DNA of 27,175 nucleotides from Promethearchaeota archaeon (lineage in GTDB: Archaea > Asgardarchaeota > Lokiarchaeia > Sigyniarchaeales > Promethearchaeaceae): positions 1-27,175 of the forward strand of contig JAFGBS010000016.1 of assembly GCA_016933055.1 (NCBI GenBank), written 5' to 3'. Below the pieces are notes generated by a model, which was not told the origin of the DNA, did not search any database, and saw only the letters and a list, made by a program, of their open reading frames with translations. Of the stretch, positions 8,446 through 15,781 are shown piece by piece (position 1 is the stretch's first letter; each line of letters starts with the position of its first letter). Made by a program: the position numbers and the translations under genes.

Positions 8446-9600
8446 ATGAACTCCCACGAACGGGTTATGAGAGCATTCGAACATAAAGAACCAGACAGAG
8501 TTCCAATCGATTTGGGAAGCATCCAAAGCGGGATACATATAAAAGCATACAAGCGATTATTAGATTATTTAGATATTAGAGATGAAAATATCCAATATTA
8601 TGATTTTGGACAGCAACTTGCGGTTCCTTGTGAAGATTTACTCCAGAGATTTCATGTAGACACTCGTTATTTGCGATTTTCAGATAACATCAAAACCGAA
8701 AATTTCCAACCAGAATATATGGGGGAATACGTGGGTATTTATGATGCACTGGGAGTTTTCTGGGGGAATTTTGCTAATAAAAAACTAGATGATATTCTGT
8801 ATTATGATCCAGTTGTTCATCCATTGCAAGATTTGAAGACGGTAGAAGAGATTCATGCATATGAGTGGCCAGATGTTCGCAAAATGCCTCAATTTTATGA
8901 ACTGAAGAGAATTGGAGAAAAGCTGAGAAATTCGAAATATGCGATCAGCACACATCCACTTGGATGCGTTTTTGAATATACAACTTTCATGTTTGGTTTT
9001 GTAACAGCTTTAAGATATATTCGAACTCGTCCAGAATTATTAAAAGCAGCGATGGAGCATATACTTGAATATTGGATGATATTGAGTGAAAATTTCCTCA
9101 AAGCTGTTGGTGATTATGTGGATATTGTTTGTGTGAACGGAGATCTTGCCGAACAAGCAGGTCCGATAATGTCTGAGGAAATTTACATCTCCTTAATTAA
9201 ACCCTATGAATTATTTTTATCCAATCATATCCACAGTCTTGCTGATGTTAAAATTAATTATCACTCTTGCGGTTCTACTCCCCAATTTATTCCTCATTTT
9301 ATTGAGATGGGGTATGATGCTTATAATCCTGTGCAAATTTCTGCATATGATATGGAGCCTTGCTCTCTGAAACAGCGTTTTGGAGAACATATAACCTTTT
9401 GGGGGGGTTTATGTAATACACAAAAGACTTTACCGTTTGGAACTCCTGAAGAAATAAGAAAAGAGGTTAGAAGAAATCTTGAATGTTTTAAACCCGGAGG
9501 AGGATATATTGCATCAAATATTCATAATATTACTGCTGAAGTCCCTCCCGAAAACATTACTGCAATGTTTGATGCAGCCCATGAATTTGGTGATTATTAA
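8446..9600 (+). CDS. Uroporphyrinogen decarboxylase / MtaA-CmuA-like superfamily protein
   Basis: MNSHERVMRAFEHKEPDRVP start, GDLAEQAGPIMS, YHSCG, NPVQ, ITFWGG, GTPEEIRKEV, GGYI..SNIH, PPENITAM. Confidence 0.85.
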   Translation: MNSHERVMRAFEHKEPDRVPIDLGSIQSGIHIKAYKRLLDYLDIRDENIQYYDFGQQLAVPCEDLLQRFHVDTRYLRFSDNIKTENFQPEYMGEYVGIYDALGVFWGNFANKKLDDILYYDPVVHPLQDLKTVEEIHAYEWPDVRKMPQFYELKRIGEKLRNSKYAISTHPLGCVFEYTTFMFGFVTALRYIRTRPELLKAAMEHILEYWMILSENFLKAVGDYVDIVCVNGDLAEQAGPIMSEEIYISLIKPYELFLSNHIHSLADVKINYHSCGSTPQFIPHFIEMGYDAYNPVQISAYDMEPCSLKQRFGEHITFWGGLCNTQKTLPFGTPEEIRKEVRRNLECFKPGGGYIASNIHNITAEVPPENITAMFDAAHEFGDY

Positions 9601-9687
9601 CTATGTATTACAAACACTCTCATTCACATTATTATATTTTTATAAAAATTATCATCCAATTTAACTTGTTTTTGGGGTGAGTTGCTG

Positions 9688-12063
9688 ATGAAACTGTTTG
9701 AACCATTTCAGATCAATCATTTGACATTAAAAAATCGCATTATCATGGCAGGAATGGACACAAATTTCGGTGATGAAGAAGGAAAGATACCAGATAAATT
9801 AATTGAGTATTATAAACTACGAGCAAGGGGTGGAGTCGGATTAATTATCGTTGAGGGTGCATATTTCGATAAGAGAGGTGCTGGAACATCCACCATGCTT
9901 AGTATTGATAATAATAAAAGAATAAGAAAATTTAAGGATCTAGTTAATGCAATTAAGAAATATGGTGCACATACCCTCCTCCAAATATATCATGCGGGTG
10001 CGCAAGCAACATCTTTCATGATAGGATTACGCGCAGTAGCTCCATCTGCAATTCCCTTTGAAATGTCAGGAGAAACACCTATCCCATTGACAAAGAAGCA
10101 AATTTCTGAAATTATCAAGGGATATGGTAAAGCCTGTTCGAGAGCGAAAAGAGCTGGTTTTGACGGCGTGGAAATTCATGCAGGACACGGATATCTCCTT
10201 AATCAGTTTTTTTCTTTCAGAACAAATAAACGAGATGATGAATATGGTACTCAATCATATGAAAACAGAACTAGATTTGCAAAAGAGGTGATAAGGGAAG
10301 TTCGAAAGAAGTGTGGAGCAAATTTTATTATAGGAATACGACTAAATGGCAGTGATTATATTCCAGATGGTTTAGAAGTCAAAGATGTGGTTAAAATTGC
10401 TGCAATATTGGTACAAGAAGGAGTAGACTTAATTATTATTACTGGTGGTGTTTTTGATAGTCCTCGTTTTCCAGTTGTTCCCTATATGAACTACCCAAGG
10501 GGGTGTTTTGTGACAATTGCATCCTTAATAAAAAGTGCAATAAAAACCACGGTAGTTGCGGTCGTTGGGAGAATCAATACGCCAGATATTGCAGAAGAAA
10601 TCCTCCAAGAGAAAAAAGCAGATTTAGTAACCATTGGACGTGCGCTTATTGCTGATCCGGAATTTCCGAATAAGATTAAAGAGGGAAAAATGGATTCTGT
10701 TCGTATCTGCATAGGATGCAACGCGTACCTTAATCAAATTATGACCGAACAACAACTTCAATGCTCAATTAATCCCAATCTTATTGGTTCGGACGATAAT
10801 CTGGACGTAATTATTATTAAAATGAAGATCCTTGTCGTGGGTTGCGGTCCTGCAGGATTGGAATTCGCACGGGTTGCTTCCCATCGAGGACATGAAGTAA
10901 TTATCATCGATAAGCAATCACAAATCGGAGGATCCTTAATTCATGCAAGCTCTGCCCCGATGAAGACAGAAGTGAAAAATTTAATCAATTATTTCCAGTA
11001 TGCAATAAAAAATAATAAAGTCGAAATCAAGTTAGATACATTTTTTTCTGAAGAGATATTAAACCACTACAACCCTGATGCTCTCGTATTAGCAACTGGA
11101 ATAATTCCAACCTTACCTAAAATCAATGGGATAAGTGAAAGCATATATACTTTTTATTCTCAAGTTTTTGAGGGAAAAATTCCTAAAGGCCAAAATATAG
11201 TGATTATCGGGGGGGATATGATAGGCATTGAAGTCGCTGAATTACTGGCAAAAGAAAATAAAAAGATAATAATTATATCCAGAAAAAATAGACTTGCAAC
11301 TGATGTATATCCTCTTGTTGCAAGAGAGATTTTACCATCAATTGAAAAGGACGATAAAATCACAATAATACTCAATACGGAAATTGAAAAAATTGCTGGA
11401 AATTCACTATTCTTGACGCAAGAGGATCGAAAAACGACAATAGAATTTGATGAACTCGTCATAACAACCACAAGACCTTCTACCAAAGCTGAAGAGATTG
11501 CAATAGGAAAAATCAAGAAAATCTACAAAATTGGGGATTGTAGACAGACACACCCAAGAAAAATACTTGATTCTATTCAAGAGGGGTATAGATTAGGTTG
11601 TATCATAGAAACTCCCGAAGCAGATCTCTTATATGGGAATGAAAGTGAAATAATGGAAGATGATTTAATATCAAAAATCAAAATGAAGATAAAAAAAGGT
11701 GCATTCACCAATGAAGACATACCAGATTACTTGGATATACTAGTCCAGATTTGTAATGAGAATGAGAAAATTCAAAAGAAAAACAAAAAGACAAAACTCC
11801 TATTCCAAATTTCAGTTGGTCGGGATATGGATTTTTTTATAAAGATTGAAAACGGTGTATTTTCTACCGGACGAGATATATTAGATAATCCAAATATAAC
11901 AGTTTGGATGGATCCTTCAATTGCGAGCGGAATTTTCGCGGGTACTATCAATGCAGCTTCAGCATATATGACAAAAGAACTAAAGTTTGAGGGATCCATG
12001 ATGTTGGGAATGAAGTTCAAAACTATGACCGATACCGTTATGAAAGTTTTGGAAAAATCCTAA
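9688..12063 (+). CDS. NADH:flavin oxidoreductase (OYE / 2,4-dienoyl-CoA reductase / BaiCD-BaiH-like) fused to a C-terminal SCP2 sterol-carrier domain
   Basis: LKNRIIMA, RARGGVGLIIVEG, DGVEIHAGHGYLLNQF, NKRDDEYG, GRALIADP, CIGCN...CSINP, VVGCGPAGLE; tail FFIKIENG...NPNITVWMD...GTINAASAYMTKELKFEGSMMLGMKF is SCP2-like. GGGGTGA 7 nt before ATG 9688 (ORF track starts at TTG 9682). Confidence 0.88.
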   Translation: MKLFEPFQINHLTLKNRIIMAGMDTNFGDEEGKIPDKLIEYYKLRARGGVGLIIVEGAYFDKRGAGTSTMLSIDNNKRIRKFKDLVNAIKKYGAHTLLQIYHAGAQATSFMIGLRAVAPSAIPFEMSGETPIPLTKKQISEIIKGYGKACSRAKRAGFDGVEIHAGHGYLLNQFFSFRTNKRDDEYGTQSYENRTRFAKEVIREVRKKCGANFIIGIRLNGSDYIPDGLEVKDVVKIAAILVQEGVDLIIITGGVFDSPRFPVVPYMNYPRGCFVTIASLIKSAIKTTVVAVVGRINTPDIAEEILQEKKADLVTIGRALIADPEFPNKIKEGKMDSVRICIGCNAYLNQIMTEQQLQCSINPNLIGSDDNLDVIIIKMKILVVGCGPAGLEFARVASHRGHEVIIIDKQSQIGGSLIHASSAPMKTEVKNLINYFQYAIKNNKVEIKLDTFFSEEILNHYNPDALVLATGIIPTLPKINGISESIYTFYSQVFEGKIPKGQNIVIIGGDMIGIEVAELLAKENKKIIIISRKNRLATDVYPLVAREILPSIEKDDKITIILNTEIEKIAGNSLFLTQEDRKTTIEFDELVITTTRPSTKAEEIAIGKIKKIYKIGDCRQTHPRKILDSIQEGYRLGCIIETPEADLLYGNESEIMEDDLISKIKMKIKKGAFTNEDIPDYLDILVQICNENEKIQKKNKKTKLLFQISVGRDMDFFIKIENGVFSTGRDILDNPNITVWMDPSIASGIFAGTINAASAYMTKELKFEGSMMLGMKFKTMTDTVMKVLEKS

Positions 12064-12085
12064 ATATTGAGTTTCAAGATTAATT

Positions 12086-12931
12086 TTATTTTAAATTTAC
12101 TTTATCTTGTATTTCTCTTATTTTTTGCTTGATTCTTTCACATTTTATGGGATCATAATTGATTTCAACATAGATAGATAAAAGATATTTATAACGATTC
12201 AATGCGAGTTGGTAATTCGCAGCTTTCTCAGCATCCTGAGCTTTTTTTAGATTCAATTCGGCAATTTGAAGTTTTTTATTGATTCTTTCTTGCTCTGGTG
12301 ACACAAGAGAGGGTGTATGATTGGTTTTTTGTTGTCGTTGCTCAAACTTCCGTTTCTCCTCCTCAAGAAATTGTTCCATTTCTCTTTTTTTATGATTAGA
12401 TAATTCTTTTTCAATTCTCTTACGTTCTTCTGCAATGTAGATTTTCTCGTCTAGTAACTTTATTTCATCCAAAATTAGGTTCAATTCTTTTGTCCATCCT
12501 ATCTGCTTGAGTATTTTTGCTGCATACCGATAAAAAATTTTAGCTTTAGAGATTTTACCCGCATCTGCATACTTTTTTGCATCAGTTAATGTATGGTCAA
12601 GTAGTTCTTCTTTTTTTTCCAACCATGTTTTGCTGTCTTCATATTGTTGAATTCGTTCCAGGATCAATTCTTTTCGGACATGATCGTAATCTTGAAATGC
12701 ATCATATTGCAGATATTGTAAAGATTTAATATCCCCCGTAAGAATTTTTTCGATTTCCCAGATAAGTCGATTCAATTGCGACTTAAATCCCAATTCTTCC
12801 AAAATATGTAAACATTCCTTATAATAATAAAGAGATTCGTCAATTCGCTTATTTAGAGCAAGAGAACGTGCCACATCTAGGTAATCATCGGCTTTTTGCT
12901 CTTTTAAAGTGATATCTGCACGTGCATTCAC
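12086..12931 (-). CDS. All-helical protein with three TPR/MIT-like helical units separated by charged coiled-coil segments
   Basis: Repeated A-x(5-7)-[G/K]-x3-[A/S]-x3-Y-x3-I/L pattern: ARSLALNKRIDESLYYYKECLHIL; AKKYADAGKISKAKIFYRYAAKIL; AQDAEKAANYQLALNRYKYLLSIY. Confidence 0.6.
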   Translation of the reverse strand: MNARADITLKEQKADDYLDVARSLALNKRIDESLYYYKECLHILEELGFKSQLNRLIWEIEKILTGDIKSLQYLQYDAFQDYDHVRKELILERIQQYEDSKTWLEKKEELLDHTLTDAKKYADAGKISKAKIFYRYAAKILKQIGWTKELNLILDEIKLLDEKIYIAEERKRIEKELSNHKKREMEQFLEEEKRKFEQRQQKTNHTPSLVSPEQERINKKLQIAELNLKKAQDAEKAANYQLALNRYKYLLSIYVEINYDPIKCERIKQKIREIQDKVNLK

Positions 12932-13129
12932 TATATGTTTCCCTTATCTGTAGTGTTCACAATCTAATTTCCCGAACTTGTAAAAAAAGATTACGATGAA
13001 TGTAAGTCATCATTGTAGATGATTGAATTGATGCAAGTGAAAATCACCTAGATAACTAATGCATGTAATTGCAAGCAGCGTTCAACAATAATTTCTATCT
13101 GGTATGGTTTTTATATAATTGGAACTCTC

Positions 13130-13150
13130 AATTGCAAGCAATTTTATATA
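13130..13150 (+). promoter_or_regulatory. Palindromic operator-like site abutting the TATA box of the DUF1295-EXPERA-SDR operon
   Basis: AATTGC-AA-GCAATT (13130-13143) runs straight into TTATATA (13144-13150), 21 nt before ATG 13172; an 11-nt copy AATTGCAAGCA lies at 13067-13077. Confidence 0.5.
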
Positions 13151-13171
13151 GAACAATATTTGAATAAATGA

Positions 13172-14071
13172 ATGATGACATTTATTAAATCTAAATCGTT
13201 TGGATTAGGACTTGTAGCATTTGTCTATATATCAGCTATTATAATGAGTTATTGGTTATATTTGTTAATTGATTTCACCACTCCTGTCTGGGAGTTATTG
13301 ATAATAGATTTATCTGCTACTCTTTATGTGTATCTTTGGTCTTGTATATGGAGGAATGCGAGTCTTTATGACCCTTACTGGTCTGTTGCACCACTTTTAT
13401 TAGGCTTGTTTTGGCTAGATCAATCCTATTCATCCATCTCCCAAATACCCATAAAAATTTGGTTTATTTATGGAATCATTGTTTTATGGGGAATAAGATT
13501 AACGTGGAACTGGATGCGTTGGTTTACTGGATTAGATTATGAAGATTGGCGTTATCGCGCATTCCGAGAGAAAACCGGGAAATGGTTTTTTTTAGTTAAT
13601 CTGTTTGCCATCCAAGTGTTTCCTACCGTTATTGTGTTTTTAGGTTCTTTATCAATGAGTTATTCCTTAAGCACCATAAATTCATCTAATATTACTATAT
13701 TTGACATTGTGGGATTTATCGTTGCTTTTGGTGCAATTTTAATTGAAAGTATGGCCGATCGACAACTCCATGTTTTTGTAAAGGGCAGAACAGATAGAAA
13801 TCAAATTATGAATAAAGGTCTTTGGGGGCGTTCTCGGCATCCTAACTATTTAGGTGAGGTTTCATTTTGGTGGGGGCTTTATTTCTTTAGTTTGGGTGCA
13901 GATATAAGTAGCTGGTGGGTATTGATTGGCCCCATTGCTATTACCGTTTTATTTCTTACATATAGCATTCCTGCTATGGATAAATATCAATTGTCGAAAA
14001 AAGAACAATACAAAATATATATGTCACATACACCAGCATTCATCCCACGCATTTTCAGGAGGAATAAATAA
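13172..14071 (+). CDS. DUF1295 family membrane protein (steroid 5-alpha-reductase-like)
   Basis: NASLYDPYWS, WGIRLTWN, EDWRY, IESMADRQL, GLWGRSRHPNYLGEVSFWWG, Y..YMSHTPAFIP; multiple TM helices. Confidence 0.88.
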   Translation: MMTFIKSKSFGLGLVAFVYISAIIMSYWLYLLIDFTTPVWELLIIDLSATLYVYLWSCIWRNASLYDPYWSVAPLLLGLFWLDQSYSSISQIPIKIWFIYGIIVLWGIRLTWNWMRWFTGLDYEDWRYRAFREKTGKWFFLVNLFAIQVFPTVIVFLGSLSMSYSLSTINSSNITIFDIVGFIVAFGAILIESMADRQLHVFVKGRTDRNQIMNKGLWGRSRHPNYLGEVSFWWGLYFFSLGADISSWWVLIGPIAITVLFLTYSIPAMDKYQLSKKEQYKIYMSHTPAFIPRIFRRNK

Positions 14072-14636
14072 TGAGGGAAACCATTCCACTAAAAGAACGG
14101 CCAAAATCGATGAAGATTATTGATATTATCTTAATCTCTTTTTTTATTTCAATTTTATATTTATATGCTATTTATTTGATATCGAAAAAATTGTTGTTTT
14201 GGATCATAGTACATGGGGTACTCCCTCATTCAAATATCCTATATGGCCTCCAAAGGCAATTATTGATTTAAACCATTGGGTTGGTCAATTTGATCCAGCA
14301 CTTTTGGATCGACCGGTATGGTGGCGCGCGACAATATGGATCGACGTGTTGGTATTCGGTCCATTTTATGCTTTTGCTGCTTTTGCATATATTACGGGAA
14401 AGAAATGGATCCGTATCCCCAGTATTATGTGGGCAACTATGATGTTAACTAATGTTACTATCATAATGTTTTCTGAATTCTTTGATCCGCTCTATGTAAG
14501 CAACCCGTATTGGTGGGTAGTTATATCCGCGAACGTAATGTGGATAATAATGGCAATTCTTACCTTGATTAGGATCATCATCTATCCTACCACATTTGAA
14601 CGTGCTATCTTACCTCTTTTCTTTTCTTTATATCGG
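14071..14636 (+). CDS. EXPERA-domain membrane protein (TMEM97/sigma-2 receptor, EBP sterol-isomerase superfamily), split by a frameshift at 14139-14145
   Basis: AGGAGG at 14057-14062 and TAATG coupling at 14071. Adding one T to the T7 run gives MRETIPLKERP...DIILISFFYFNFIFICYLFDIEKIVV...YPIWPP...FDPALLDRPVWWRATIWIDVLVFGPFYAFAAFAYITGKKWIRIPSI, which aligns by eye to TMEM97 (KDPLLQEPPAWF...ELVFQLPFF...KWIRTPAI). The end coordinate is approximate because the frame continues into the SDR. Confidence 0.75.
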
Positions 14637-14645
14637 ATGATAAAA

Positions 14646-15458
14646 ATGAATTTACAGAAGTTTCAACGAAAATATGGATCGTGGACACTGGTTGCGGGAG
14701 TTTCACAAGGGCTGGGGGAGGTATTTGCAAGAGAGATTGCAAAAAAAGGTATCAATGTAATATTGGTCGCTCGTAGAAAGATCTTATTAAATAATCTAGT
14801 CGACGAATTTACGAGTAAATATAACATCCAAGCGCAAGCCATCCAGATGGATCTTACGGAATTAGAATTAATTCCACATTTGAAAGAGCAACTAGATAAT
14901 TGGAAAGTGGGATTACTAGTATATAATGCCGCATTAAGTCTAATAGGGTCGTTCCTCGATCAATCGATTGATGAACACATGCAAGTAATTGACTTGAATT
15001 GCCGCGCCGTAGTTAAACTTACCCATTATCTTGGAAACATAATGCGAGAGCGAAATCATGGCGGAATTATTTTAATGTCTTCCCTTACCGCTTTTCAAGG
15101 ATCCCCCGTGGTTGCCCATTATGGTGCAACCAAAGCATATATCCTAAACCTAGCGGAAGCTTTGTGGAATGAATTAAAACCCTTCCATATTGATGTTAAA
15201 GCATGTATAGCGGGTGCAACGGCAACTCCTAACTTCATCGAGAGTAATCCCTCGGAAATAAATGGATTAAAACCGAAAATAATGAGCCCCGAAGAAGTAG
15301 TAAAAGAAACTTTACAGAAATTACATCGAAATAAACCCTTTATAGTGCCTGGTATATCGAATAAAATTACCAGCTGAACAATGCGAAAAATACTTTCTCG
15401 AAAAATTACCACTAATGCTATAGGTTATGTAAATCGGAAAATGTATGGATATATTTAA
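14646..15458 (+). CDS. Classical SDR, HSD17B12/very-long-chain 3-oxoacyl-CoA reductase-like; in frame with EXPERA and interrupted by TGA at 15375-15377
   Basis: KYGSWTLVAGVSQGLG, NVILVARR, LLVYNAA, LMSS, YGATK (YxxxK). After the TGA the frame continues TMRKILSRKITTNAIGYVNRKMYGYI to TAA at 15456-15458. Confidence 0.8.
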
Positions 15459-15470
15459 AGAATGATTGAA

Positions 15471-15674
15471 TTAATTGCCGCGTTTAAAATACCAATCTTT
15501 ATACTCTTGGAGTTCTCGTTCTCTCCGATCTTCATTAGATTCGATATAACGGATCTCATCCCATTCATCCTCAATTTCACTCTTCGTTAATGCTAATCCG
15601 CATACTTGACAGACATATTTACGAAGAGGGGGATCATATTCCATTTTTCCCTTGCATTCAGGGCATTTAGGCAT
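15471..15674 (-). CDS. Small CPxC Zn-ribbon protein with acidic/charged tail
   Basis: CPECKGKM...YVCQVCG; 67 aa. Confidence 0.75.
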   Translation of the reverse strand: MPKCPECKGKMEYDPPLRKYVCQVCGLALTKSEIEDEWDEIRYIESNEDRRERELQEYKDWYFKRGN

Positions 15675-15781
15675 ACTGAATCACTATCCTAATTAGCGAT
15701 TTGAAAAATAAAAGACTATGGTGAATAATTGATTAGATCAGTTTACAAGCTTTTTTTAAGTTAAACCAAGAAAATGCTTCT

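Noticed and set aside
9636-9649. Perfect 14-bp palindrome ATTTTTATAAAAAT upstream of OYE-SCP2
   Set aside because: AT-only and explained by a TATA box in AT-rich DNA.
14071-14271. 66-aa ORF as an independent gene
   Set aside because: Only its first about 24 codons are meaningful as the EXPERA N-terminus; the remainder is out-of-frame read-through.
15375-15377. Genome-wide UGA=Trp recoding
   Set aside because: Other genes end cleanly at TGA with tightly spaced downstream starts, and TGG is used for Trp throughout.
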